Positions 32,196-41,713 of a DNA stretch of 64,000 nt are shown here, one piece after another; the stretch's first letter is position 1; the number at the start of each line of letters is the position of its first letter. Position numbers and translations under genes: made by a program. This DNA comes from an uncultured Rhodobacterales bacterium. Its GTDB lineage: Bacteria; Pseudomonadota; Alphaproteobacteria; Rhodobacterales; CAZPXZ01. The stretch spans positions 23,544-87,543 of the forward strand of contig CAZPXZ010000004.1 of NCBI GenBank assembly GCA_964590405.1. The letters run 5' to 3'. A model generated the notes under the pieces. That model was given only the letters and a program-made list of their open reading frames with translations, searched no databases and was not told where the DNA came from.

Positions 32196-33107
32196 CTATT
32201 CGCCTTCGTCATGCACGGCGTCACAGATCTTGTCGCCGGCTTTGCATTTCTCGTGCATTTCCGCAAGCCAGGCAGTCGCCGGGATGCCCCACTTTGCTTC
32301 GAGTTCAACAAGCAAGCCGGAAGTGTGCCAGTCGATGATTGCCTCCGAAAGGGCCTGGCCGATCGGTTCGTGCAGGTCTTCTTTGCGGACGGCTGCGCCC
32401 CAGGGAACATCTGCGACTACCGGAGTGGCGATGGAGAAGTCGGCCCATTTTTCGGGTTCGTTCACCTTGCGCGGAATGAAGGCGGAATCATCGTAGATCC
32501 AACCGACACAGCGGCCGTCAAGTAGCGCTGCCAAGACTTCGGCCACACCCTTGAAGGCAATTACCTCGGCACCATTCTTCTGCCCATGGTCCTTGTTGTA
32601 CCAGGCTCCCTGGATGCCGCAAATCTTCTTGTCGGCAACCGATTCCCAGCTATCAATTCCGGAGTCCTTGTGCGCGAGCACGGCGACACCCGAGGAGTAG
32701 TAGTTCGGTTGCACGATGCCGACCACCTCCCGGCGCTCCACCTTGTCGGACATGGTGGCGATCATCACGTCGATCTTGCCCTGCTCCAGGAATTGCATGC
32801 GGTTGGACGCAACGACAACGACCAGTTCAAGTTCGATTTCCTTGCCGGCGGCATCGCCGATCCGCCGCGCAAGATCGCGAATCATGTCGATTTCCATCCC
32901 GACAATGTTGCCGTCCGAATCGCGCATGCCCCAAGGCGCATAATCGGCCTTTACGCCGGCGACGAGCTTGCCCCGTTCAATCACGTCATCAAGAGTTCCG
33001 GCCTGTGCCGAAGCCGTTAGGAAACCGGCGAGAGCAAACGCTTCGGCGCCGGCCGAAAGGACCTTCCGAGGGACTCGTCCCACAACGTCCATCCATTCTC
33101 TTCTCAT
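32196..33107 (-). CDS. polar amino acid ABC transporter substrate-binding protein (family 3)
   Basis: 303 aa. Signal peptide ending TASAQAG, then RGKLVAGVKADYAPWGMRDSDGNIVGMEIDM, typical of family-3 SBPs. Confidence 0.85.
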   Translation of the reverse strand: MRREWMDVVGRVPRKVLSAGAEAFALAGFLTASAQAGTLDDVIERGKLVAGVKADYAPWGMRDSDGNIVGMEIDMIRDLARRIGDAAGKEIELELVVVVASNRMQFLEQGKIDVMIATMSDKVERREVVGIVQPNYYSSGVAVLAHKDSGIDSWESVADKKICGIQGAWYNKDHGQKNGAEVIAFKGVAEVLAALLDGRCVGWIYDDSAFIPRKVNEPEKWADFSIATPVVADVPWGAAVRKEDLHEPIGQALSEAIIDWHTSGLLVELEAKWGIPATAWLAEMHEKCKAGDKICDAVHDEGE

Positions 33108-33147
33108 GTTGTTCTCCTTCTTTTTTCAGCGCAATTCCTTGCGATCT

Positions 33148-34020
33148 TCACGGAGCCCAGAATTCTCCCAGGCTGTGATTCTGGCGGGCGACAGCACTGA
33201 TTCGAGCTTCCGCCTGCGGGCCTGCCCGGGCAACCAGCATGCCGATCATCGTTTCCAGAAGAACGAGCGTTGCGGTATAGGATGGAAAGAACGTCGGACC
33301 GTCCGATGGCACGACAAACCGGTGCTGTGCATGAACGAGTCCCGGAAAGACATGGCTGTCGGTGATCGCGATCAGGCTCGACCCGGATTCCGCCGCGGTT
33401 TCGCAGGCGCGGACCGCCAGACGCGCGTACGGTGCCTTGCTCAGTACTATGACCGTGTAGCTGGGCTTAAGCCGTGCCATGGCGGCGCCAAAGGAGACCC
33501 CGCTCCGTCCCACGACTACCCAACGCTCGCTGAACCAACTGGTGATGTATGCGAGATGCTCCCCCAGTCCCGCGGACCCAAGTGCCGCCACCATGATTAC
33601 ACGGTTTGCCCCTGCGACGCAGTCGACTGCAGCTGCGAAACGGGCCTCGTCCAACCCGTTGACCATGTTTTCAATATTGGTTACGCAGGCAGCGCTGTGG
33701 CGGCGCAAGAGGGGAGCCATTCCCTTTCTGTCCGCCTCCGATTGCAATTGGCGCGCCTTGCTGGAAAAAGTGACAGTCGGGCGCTCCAGGTCGGCCCTGC
33801 TGGCTTCCCGCATTGCCTCGTAGGAATCGTAACCGAGAGCCAGCGCGAGGCGGGAAAGGGTCGGGGGTGAGACGCCGCTGGCTGCAGCTACCGAGCGAAG
33901 ACTGCGAGTGGCGATATCAAACGGATTGTCAACGAGGTGGTCTGCAGCCACGCGCAACTTCCCGCTGAGGGCAGCGTAGTTAGCCGTGATTGCTTCATGG
34001 ACAGATGCTTCCTGCGGCAT
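33148..34020 (-). CDS. MurR/RpiR family transcriptional regulator (HTH_6 + SIS domain)
   Basis: About 290 aa from ATG 34020 (SD GGGGGAG upstream). N-terminal HTH (IATRSLRSVAAASGVSPPTLSRLALALGY) followed by a SIS-like domain. Confidence 0.8.
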   Translation of the reverse strand: MPQEASVHEAITANYAALSGKLRVAADHLVDNPFDIATRSLRSVAAASGVSPPTLSRLALALGYDSYEAMREASRADLERPTVTFSSKARQLQSEADRKGMAPLLRRHSAACVTNIENMVNGLDEARFAAAVDCVAGANRVIMVAALGSAGLGEHLAYITSWFSERWVVVGRSGVSFGAAMARLKPSYTVIVLSKAPYARLAVRACETAAESGSSLIAITDSHVFPGLVHAQHRFVVPSDGPTFFPSYTATLVLLETMIGMLVARAGPQAEARISAVARQNHSLGEFWAP

Positions 34021-34063
34021 ACTCCCCCCACATTCTATACCTAATGATACGTTTGTTCTAGGC

Positions 34064-34115
34064 CTTGTCAAGTTCAATTTCAAGTGTAATATTGTAGTCG
34101 GAACTTGTCGGCAAG
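34064..34115. promoter_or_regulatory. candidate operator repeats in the RpiR / DMGDH-like divergent promoter
   Basis: AT-rich 107-bp divergent region containing CTTGTCAAG (34064-34072) and CTTGTCGGCAAG (34104-34115), both CTTG..CAAG inverted repeats. Function is inferred only. Confidence 0.25.
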
Positions 34116-34127
34116 GGCGCCGCTCGC

Positions 34128-36548
34128 ATGACTGCGGATCTTCCTGCCAGTACACCGGTCGTCGTGATCGGAGGCGGTGTGCTTGGTTGCTCCACGCTCT
34201 ACCACTTGGCGTGCGACGGAGTCACCGACGCCGTTCTGCTCGAGCGGAACAAGCTGACCTCTGGTACCACTTGGCACTCCGCTGCCCAGGTGCGGATGCT
34301 GCGATCGACGCGCAGTATGACGGAGATCATCCGGTATTCCGCTGATCTCTATGCGCGTCTGGAATGTGAGACCGGGCAGCATACCGGGTGGGCCCGGACT
34401 GGCTCCCTCTCGATCGCAACCAACCCGGATCGCCTGGTTCATATTCGCCGGCAGGAGGCTTTGGCCCGTCTCTTTGGCGTGGACGCAGTATCGATCTCAC
34501 CGGGCGAGGCGAAGGAACGCTGGCCCCTGATGCAGGTTGACGATGTGCTCGGCGCGGTTTGGTCAGAGGGTGATGGCCGGGTCAGCCCATCGGATCTCTG
34601 TGCAGCGCTGGCAAAGGGTGCACGGCTGCGCGGTGCGCGGATCTTCGAGGATACCGCGGTGACAGGCATTCACACCCGGCAGGGCCGGATCTTCGGTGTC
34701 GAGACGCAAGCGGGAACCATCCGATGCGACACGGTGGCGATATGTGCCGGGCTCTGGAGTCGAGAGGTTGCAGCGATGGGCGGCGCCATGGCCCCGGTCT
34801 GGCCGTGCGAGCACTCATATCTCCTGACACGGACGGTCCCCGGTGCTCGGCGCAACTTGCCAACCCTGTCGGATCATGATGGCCATCTCTACATCCGGGA
34901 TGAGGGTGATGGACTCCTGGTCGGCTGTTTCGAGCCGGGCGCCAAGCCCATTGATCCGGAGCGGTTCGATGAGGACTTTGCTTTCAGCCTGCTCCCGGAG
35001 GATTGGGAGCACTTCGAGCCAATGCTGCAGAACGCGCTGCATAGGATCCCGGCTCTGGCCGAAGCGGAAGTCAGGACCCTGGTCAACGGACCTGAGAGCT
35101 TTACCCCGGACGGCATGTTTCTCCTTGGAGAAACTGCTGAGACCAGTGGCCTCTTTCTCGGTTGCGGCATGAATTCCGTAGGGATGGCGACAGGGGGTGG
35201 CGCAGGCCGGGCGCTTGCCAGCTGTCTCCAGCATGGGGCGCCGCCATCAGACCTTCATGAAGCGGATCCGAAGCGTTTCCCGGAGTGCTTCAACTCGGTA
35301 GGCGCTCTTGTCGAGCGCGTGCCGGAAGTCCTCGGGCGGCACTACGAAGTCGCCTATCCCGGTCGGCAATGGGACAGCTGCAGGGGGTTGCGGCGGATGC
35401 CGCTGCACGACACATGGGTTGCCGAGGGAGCGCATTTCGGGCAATTCGCCGGGATCGAACGGCCCCTGTACTTTGCAAGCCGGGGAACCCCGCGCCTGGG
35501 CTTCGGGAAACCCGATTGGCATTCGCAGGTCGAGCGCGAAGTTCAGGCCGCGTCGACGAGGGCGGCCATCTTTGACCAGTCCTCCCTTGGCAAGATCGAT
35601 GTCCGGGGGAACGGGGCCTGCGCCTTCCTCGACCGGGTTTGTGCGAACCGCATGGATCGGGTTCCGGGAAGTGTCATCTATACCGTCATGCTGAACGAAG
35701 CGGGCGGTGTCGAGAGCGATTTGACCGCAATCCGGATCTCGGAAGACCACTTTCGGCTCCATGTCGGTACTGCTAGCCTTCGGCGCGACCTTGCCTGGCT
35801 TCGACGTCATCTGGACGTCCGAAACGACGTCGATATCACTGATGTGACAGACTCTTTCGCCATTCTGGCGCTGATGGGCCCGGCGAGCGGGCGCATCGCC
35901 GAGGTCGTCGGCGCAGAAGGGCTGCATGAGCTTGGTTACTTTCGCGCCGATCAGGTGCGGATCAACGGCATCCCTGCAATCGGCGCGAGACTCTCCTATG
36001 TCGGTGAGCCGGGATGGGAGATCACCATGGCCGCTACGGATGCATCCCGTGTCTATCGCTCGATGCGGGCGGCGGGCGCAGAACCGGCTGGCCTGTTCGC
36101 ACAGACATCCATGCGCATCGAGAAGGGGTTTCGCGCCTACGGGCACGAACTCGATTCGGACATCACGCCCATCGAGGCCGGCCTCGGCTTCTCACTGGGC
36201 TGGGGCACGGGATTCATTGGCGAGGCGGCGCTCAATGCGGCGGGAGTGCAGGATTCTGCCCTGCGAATCGCCTCTCTCGTGCTGCATGATGTGGAAGCAG
36301 TTCCCCTCGGCGGAGAACCGGTTCTGATGCAAGGACGAATTGTGGGACGGACGACATCTGCCGCCTTTGGTTACCGGGTCGAGGCACCGGTCGCCTTGGC
36401 GGATCTCGAGCACCTTACCGAGCGCGCGGAAGACGCGGCGGTCGAGGTTGACATCGCGGGGGCATTGCATTCGGCCACGGTTCGACTTGCTCCCGCATTT
36501 GACCCGGAGGGCGAACGCTTGCGTCGCACCGGGAGTTGGAGGGCCTGA
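34128..36548 (+). CDS. dimethylglycine/sarcosine dehydrogenase-like FAD oxidoreductase with GcvT domain, paralogue B
   Basis: 806 aa. VVVIGGGVLGCS dinucleotide fold, TTWHSAAQ motif, GcvT-like C-terminal half. Same architecture as 27099-29507. Confidence 0.8.
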   Translation: MTADLPASTPVVVIGGGVLGCSTLYHLACDGVTDAVLLERNKLTSGTTWHSAAQVRMLRSTRSMTEIIRYSADLYARLECETGQHTGWARTGSLSIATNPDRLVHIRRQEALARLFGVDAVSISPGEAKERWPLMQVDDVLGAVWSEGDGRVSPSDLCAALAKGARLRGARIFEDTAVTGIHTRQGRIFGVETQAGTIRCDTVAICAGLWSREVAAMGGAMAPVWPCEHSYLLTRTVPGARRNLPTLSDHDGHLYIRDEGDGLLVGCFEPGAKPIDPERFDEDFAFSLLPEDWEHFEPMLQNALHRIPALAEAEVRTLVNGPESFTPDGMFLLGETAETSGLFLGCGMNSVGMATGGGAGRALASCLQHGAPPSDLHEADPKRFPECFNSVGALVERVPEVLGRHYEVAYPGRQWDSCRGLRRMPLHDTWVAEGAHFGQFAGIERPLYFASRGTPRLGFGKPDWHSQVEREVQAASTRAAIFDQSSLGKIDVRGNGACAFLDRVCANRMDRVPGSVIYTVMLNEAGGVESDLTAIRISEDHFRLHVGTASLRRDLAWLRRHLDVRNDVDITDVTDSFAILALMGPASGRIAEVVGAEGLHELGYFRADQVRINGIPAIGARLSYVGEPGWEITMAATDASRVYRSMRAAGAEPAGLFAQTSMRIEKGFRAYGHELDSDITPIEAGLGFSLGWGTGFIGEAALNAAGVQDSALRIASLVLHDVEAVPLGGEPVLMQGRIVGRTTSAAFGYRVEAPVALADLEHLTERAEDAAVEVDIAGALHSATVRLAPAFDPEGERLRRTGSWRA

Positions 36549-36552
36549 CAGG

Positions 36553-37872
36553 ATGCCACACATATTCCATCGTTCTACCGGTGCCGAGCCGCCGATCGCG
36601 GTGCGCGGCAAGGGGATGTACCTCTACGATGCTGCCGGCAAGCGTTATCTTGACGGCTCGGGCGGTGCAGCCGTTTCCTGCCTTGGCCACGGTGACGCCG
36701 ACATTTCTCGGGCGATCAGAGATCAGATCGATCAACTCGACTATGCACATACGGGCTTCTTCACGTCCGAAGCCGCGGAGACGCTCGCGGACAAGCTGAT
36801 CGCACATGCTCCGGGTGATCTTGACCGGGTGTGTTTTGTCTCCGGCGGTTCCGAGGCGGTCGAGGCTTCATTGAAGCTTGCCCGCCAGTACTTTCTTGAA
36901 ATCGGCCAGCCGGAGAGGTACCGCATCATTACTCGCCGGCAGAGCTATCACGGCAATACGCTTGGGGGGCTCGCTGCTGGCGGCAGCCTGTGGCGGCGCC
37001 ACCCCTTTACGCCAATGCTGCTCGAGACATCACACATTTCTCCCTGTTACGAGTATCGGGGGCGGGAGGACTGGGAGAGCCCCATCGAATATGGCCAGCG
37101 AGTTGCCGACGAGTTGGAAGAGGAGGTGCTTCGGCTTGGCCCGGAGACCGTCATGGCGTTCATTGCAGAGCCGGTCGTCGGAGCGACTCTCGGCGCCGTA
37201 GCAGCGGTCGATGGTTATTTTCGGCGCATCCGGGAGATTTGTGATCGCTATGGGATCCTGCTTATCCTCGATGAAGTGATGTGCGGCATGGGGCGAACAG
37301 GAACACTGTTCGCCTGTGAGCAGGACGGGATCGCCGCCGACATCGTCGCCATCGCAAAGGGTCTTGGCGGCGGTTATCAGCCCATTGGCGCCATGCTCTG
37401 TTCAAGTGCCATCTTCGAAGCCATCCAGATCGGTTCTGGTTCGCTTCAGAATGGCCACACCTATATGGGGCACCCGGTTGCCTGCGCCGCTGCTGCTGCC
37501 GTAGTAACAAAGCTGACGGATGGGGGTCTTGCCATGCGCTCGATGGTCATGGGCAAGGCGCTGCGGTCTGCGCTGGAGGGCGCCTTCGCGCAGCATCCTC
37601 ACGTGGGAGACATACGCGGGCGCGGTCTCCTCCTTGGCCTGGAAGTGGTAGCAGATCGAGGAACCAAGGAACCATTCGATCCGGAGCGCGCCGTGCACAA
37701 GCGCATCAAGAGCGCCGCCTTGTCGGCAGGCCTGGCCTGCTATCCGGGTGGCGGAACGGCGGACGGCGTCGCCGGTGACCATGTACTGCTGGCTCCGCCC
37801 TACATTCTCGATTTCAACCACATCGAGGAAATTGTCGAGAAGCTTGGCATGGCCTTTGACGAAGCCTTATGA
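36553..37872 (+). CDS. class-III (omega) aminotransferase
   Basis: About 439 aa from ATG 36553, 4 nt after the upstream stop. Motifs GGAAVSCLGHGD, SGGSEAVE, LILDEVMCGMGRTG. PLP-Lys context AIAKGLGGGYQP. Confidence 0.85.
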   Translation: MPHIFHRSTGAEPPIAVRGKGMYLYDAAGKRYLDGSGGAAVSCLGHGDADISRAIRDQIDQLDYAHTGFFTSEAAETLADKLIAHAPGDLDRVCFVSGGSEAVEASLKLARQYFLEIGQPERYRIITRRQSYHGNTLGGLAAGGSLWRRHPFTPMLLETSHISPCYEYRGREDWESPIEYGQRVADELEEEVLRLGPETVMAFIAEPVVGATLGAVAAVDGYFRRIREICDRYGILLILDEVMCGMGRTGTLFACEQDGIAADIVAIAKGLGGGYQPIGAMLCSSAIFEAIQIGSGSLQNGHTYMGHPVACAAAAAVVTKLTDGGLAMRSMVMGKALRSALEGAFAQHPHVGDIRGRGLLLGLEVVADRGTKEPFDPERAVHKRIKSAALSAGLACYPGGGTADGVAGDHVLLAPPYILDFNHIEEIVEKLGMAFDEAL

Positions 37873-38702
37873 GATCACTTCCATACATGATGCTGGCCCC
37901 GAACGGGGCGCGGCGGGGAAGGGCGGACCATCCGAACCTTCCCGTGTCCATCGGCGACACAGTTGAGGCTACCCGGTCCGCAGTTCTGGCGGGTGCGGAC
38001 GGATTGCATCTGCATGTACGCGATGCTGCCGGCGAACATTCGCTTGATGTGGGATTGTATCAGGAGGCTGTCGCGGCCGTGGCGGAGGCCTGCCCCGGTC
38101 TCCCGATCCAGGTCACGACCGAGGCGGCGGGTCGCTATTCGCCGAAGCAGCAGATCGCTCTTGTCGATTCACTTGGCCCCGGAGCGGCTTCGGTCGCGCT
38201 GCGAGAGTTGCTGGCCGACGGTGCCGTTGTGCCAGCGAAGGAGGCGTTCCTGCGCTGGTCCGAAAGGGGGATCGCAATTCAGCACATTCTCTATGCCCCG
38301 GGGGATTTTCGAGAATTGATCGGAGTTCTCGGCGCTGATGCCGTCTCCCGTGCACAATTGTTATTCGTACTCGGCAGATACGCGCCGGCGAGGGATGGCC
38401 GGGTGCAGGATCTCGACGGTTTTGTCGCAATCCTTCGTTCGCTGCCTGCCACGCCGGATTGGGCAGCATGCGCGTTTGGTCCTGGGGAAACCGAGTGCCT
38501 TCTGGCGGCGCATGTTGCGGGCGGAAAACTGCGCGTTGGTTTCGAGAACAATTTGGTCAATTCCGATGGCAGGCTCGCGACTGACAACGCGGAACGTGTG
38601 GCCGATCTCCGAAAGGCGTTGCGACAGGGCGTAGCGGGCAGGTTCGTGCATTCCGGCAGTGCCAGCGGGTCGACCGGTGTTTCAGCGGTGGTGGACCACT
38701 GA
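37869..38702 (+). CDS. DUF849 / beta-keto acid cleavage enzyme (3-keto-5-aminohexanoate cleavage protein family)
   Basis: 277 aa. MLAPNGARRGRADHPNLPVSIGDTVEATRSAVLAGADGLHLHVRD resembles the BKACE N-terminus as I recall it. ATGA overlap with the aminotransferase stop. Confidence 0.7.
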   Translation: MRSLPYMMLAPNGARRGRADHPNLPVSIGDTVEATRSAVLAGADGLHLHVRDAAGEHSLDVGLYQEAVAAVAEACPGLPIQVTTEAAGRYSPKQQIALVDSLGPGAASVALRELLADGAVVPAKEAFLRWSERGIAIQHILYAPGDFRELIGVLGADAVSRAQLLFVLGRYAPARDGRVQDLDGFVAILRSLPATPDWAACAFGPGETECLLAAHVAGGKLRVGFENNLVNSDGRLATDNAERVADLRKALRQGVAGRFVHSGSASGSTGVSAVVDH

Positions 38703-39126
38703 CCAGATGACCGTATGCTTGGCTACTTGAAACCAATTTCGGTGCACATCCGAGTTTCGCGTATCGGTGATCGAGCACCCAATGCCCTGCGCAATTGCAG
38801 AGTTTCCAGTTTCGAGACTGCACTCCAGATCGCTGAGAGCCCGAGTCTCTGCTCACACTATTTTAGCCACGCCTAGACATGGCAACAAGTTACGTGATGC
38901 AAGAATCGCTTGGACAAACAAGGAGATATCCCACAAGTTTCTATGCCTCTGGTCGTACGAGGTCTGGTTCTTGCTGACAGACCCGTTCCCAGGCAGGAAC
39001 GGTGAGGCACCCGGTCGCGGCAACTGTCCTGTTCGGGAGTTGTTGCTCCGTGGTCCAACGAGTGGTACGGCTTGCATCGGCGAACAGTTCTGTCGGCTGT
39101 AGCACTGGAGCGATGCGCGGAACACC

Positions 39127-40011
39127 ATGGGAGCTCTCTGGGGACTGCTTGCCGCCGGACTGATCGGCTGCGCCGACAGCACGACACGGGTCACGGCACG
39201 GCGGATGCCCATTCCGCACTTGATCTTCTTCACGGCCTGGCTCGCATTGCCCCTCGGGATTCTCCTGTTCGGCCTGCCGGACACGGCAAGCGTGTCGTCG
39301 CGCTGGTCGGTTTTCCTTGCCGGCCTGGCGGGCTTCCTCCATGTCGGTGTGCTCGTCCTCCTCTTCCGTGCGCTCGCCGACGGCCCGGTGTCTGTGGCAG
39401 TGGCTGGTACAGCATCCAACACTGTGTTCCTGATCGCCTGGAATGTCCTTGCCGGGGAGCCCTGGACCTTGCTGCAGGTGATGGCGGGTCTCGGTGTATT
39501 TCTGGGCGTGGCCATGGCTACTCGTCCCGAGCGGACGATCCGGGAAGTGGCCACCCCCCGACAACTCCGGAAGACGGCGTTGTTGGGGCTCGGCGCCGGG
39601 TTCATCTCGTCTGTTCGACTGTTCCTGATTCAGGAGGCTTCTGTTGGAATCGGTCCGGGAGATGCGATGGTGGCGATGCGCATCGGGGCCGCTGCTGCGG
39701 TGCTGGTCATGCTGTTGGTCCTGGTCAGGGGGAGATTGACCGTGGTCCGGGTGCCGCGGGGCAGGATTGGGAGCCTCGTGATTCTGCAGGTCCTACTGGA
39801 GACGGCAGCGGTACTGGCGCTGTTGTACGGTTCGGTCGTCGCGGGACGCATCGGAGCGGCGGTGGGCTTCGCTGTCGTGCCCGCAGCGTCCACGATCGCC
39901 GCCAGGCTGTTCCTCGGTGACCCCATCGGACGCAGGCGGGGATGGTGGGTCCTGTTCGTGGTGGCTTGCGTCGTCCTCTCGACGCTTGCCGAACGGCTGA
40001 TGCAGTTGTGA
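39127..40011 (+). CDS. DMT/EamA-like membrane permease
   Basis: 294 aa, about 10 hydrophobic segments in two repeats. Family assignment rests on composition and topology only. Confidence 0.5.
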   Translation: MGALWGLLAAGLIGCADSTTRVTARRMPIPHLIFFTAWLALPLGILLFGLPDTASVSSRWSVFLAGLAGFLHVGVLVLLFRALADGPVSVAVAGTASNTVFLIAWNVLAGEPWTLLQVMAGLGVFLGVAMATRPERTIREVATPRQLRKTALLGLGAGFISSVRLFLIQEASVGIGPGDAMVAMRIGAAAAVLVMLLVLVRGRLTVVRVPRGRIGSLVILQVLLETAAVLALLYGSVVAGRIGAAVGFAVVPAASTIAARLFLGDPIGRRRGWWVLFVVACVVLSTLAERLMQL

Positions 40012-40143
40012 GTTCGTTTTCTCCGGTGGCGAATCCGTACGGAACCTGCTGCTGAAGGCCGTTCCCCGTGGCATGGCGCGGCAGCCTCGCATCCCCTACA
40101 TTATTGAGTCCAACTCTTCGGCTGGCCGGTTGACCGGGTTACC

Positions 40144-41391
40144 ATGCGCTATTCGATTTTCACTCTGGCACGCAACGCGCTTGCCTACCACGAGGGCTGG
40201 AGCCGGGCGTGGCGATCTCCAGAGCCGCAGCCGAGCTACGACACGGTGATCGTTGGAGGAGGCGGCCACGGCCTTGCCACCGCCTACTATCTTGCCCACA
40301 ACCATGGAATGCGCAGCGTAGCAGTACTGGAGAAGGGACCCATCGGCCTGGGAAACACGGGCCGCAATACGACCATCATCCGTTCCAATTACCTGCAGGA
40401 CGCCTCTGCGGGTGTATACAAGCTCTCTCATGATCTTTACGAGACCCTGAGCCAGGAACTGAATTTCAATGTCATGTTCAGCCCTCGAGGCGTCCTGACG
40501 CTCTGCCATACGGAGCACGATCTGCGGGGCATGTCCCGGATTGAACACGCCAACCGCGTCCACGGCATCGATTCGCGGATGGTCGGGGTGGAGGAGATGA
40601 AGCGGATCTGTCCGCCGTTGAACTTGTCGCGGGACGTGCGGTTTCCGATCCTGGGCGGTCTTTGGCAGGCGCGTGGCGGAACCGCGCGCCATGACGCGGT
40701 TGCCTGGGGCTATGCCCGTGCCGCAGACCGACTCGGTGTTGACGTCATTCAGAACTGCGAGGTGACGGGCTTCGACATTGACCGCGGACGCGTTCGCGGG
40801 ATTCACACGACGCGGGGTGACATTCGCTGCAACCGGGTCGGGCTCGTCGTCGCAGGCCACTCCACGCGGCTTGCCGCGATGGCAGGGTTCCGGCTCCCGA
40901 TCGAATCGGTCACACTGCAGGCGTATGTCTCGGAGCCGGTCAAGCCCTGTCTCGACATCGTGGTGATGGCGAGTACGGTGCACGGCTATGTCAGCCAGTC
41001 CGACAAGGGAGAGTTGGTTCTCGCCGGTGGAACTGACAGCTGCAACTCCTTTTCACGCCGTGGATCCTTTCACCATGTTCGCGAGTCTTGCACGGCTCTG
41101 GTCGAGTTGTTTCCCATGATTTCCCGCCTCCGGTTGATGCGGCAATGGGGTGGCACGGTTGACATGACGGCGGATCGTTCACCGATCATTGGCCCATCAC
41201 CGGTCGAGGGCATCTTCCTGAACTGCGGCTGGGGAACCGGTGGATTCAAGTCGATTCCGGGTTCCGGGCATTGCTTTGCCGCGACGCTCGCGAACGGTGC
41301 TCCCGACCAGGTGGCAGCCCCATTCGGGCTGGAGCGGTTTCGCGAAGGACGGCCGATCGATGAGTCGGTCGCCGCCGGCGTAGCGCACTGA
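40144..41391 (+). CDS. soxB: sarcosine oxidase subunit beta
   Basis: 415 aa. N-terminus MRYSIFTLARNAL...WRSPEPQPSYDTVIVGGGGHGLATAYYL is typical of heterotetrameric SoxB. Confidence 0.9.
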   Translation: MRYSIFTLARNALAYHEGWSRAWRSPEPQPSYDTVIVGGGGHGLATAYYLAHNHGMRSVAVLEKGPIGLGNTGRNTTIIRSNYLQDASAGVYKLSHDLYETLSQELNFNVMFSPRGVLTLCHTEHDLRGMSRIEHANRVHGIDSRMVGVEEMKRICPPLNLSRDVRFPILGGLWQARGGTARHDAVAWGYARAADRLGVDVIQNCEVTGFDIDRGRVRGIHTTRGDIRCNRVGLVVAGHSTRLAAMAGFRLPIESVTLQAYVSEPVKPCLDIVVMASTVHGYVSQSDKGELVLAGGTDSCNSFSRRGSFHHVRESCTALVELFPMISRLRLMRQWGGTVDMTADRSPIIGPSPVEGIFLNCGWGTGGFKSIPGSGHCFAATLANGAPDQVAAPFGLERFREGRPIDESVAAGVAH

Positions 41392-41401
41392 GGGCTGTTC
41401 C

Positions 41402-41713
41402 ATGCTTCGAATTCCCTGTCCGTGCTGTGGCATAGAGGGCGACGAGAGTGAGTTTGCCTATGGCGGTGAGGCGCATATCGCGAGGCCCGATGGCGAGTTC
41501 GCCACAGACGTGGAATGGGCAGAGTATTTGAGCGTCCGAAACAACCCCATGGGCCCGCATCTCGAACGCTGGCGTCATGCCATTGGTTGCGGAAAGTGGT
41601 TTCACCTTGCCCGCAATACCGTGACCCAGGAGGTATATGGCGCCTATGCGGCTGACGCCGCCGCCCCGTCGGAGGAGATACTCCGGCGCATGCGTGGGGA
41701 GCCGGATACATGA
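41402..41713 (+). CDS. soxD: sarcosine oxidase subunit delta
   Basis: 103 aa. Cys-rich N-terminus MLRIPCPCCG, positioned between soxB and soxA. Confidence 0.85.
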   Translation: MLRIPCPCCGIEGDESEFAYGGEAHIARPDGEFATDVEWAEYLSVRNNPMGPHLERWRHAIGCGKWFHLARNTVTQEVYGAYAADAAAPSEEILRRMRGEPDT

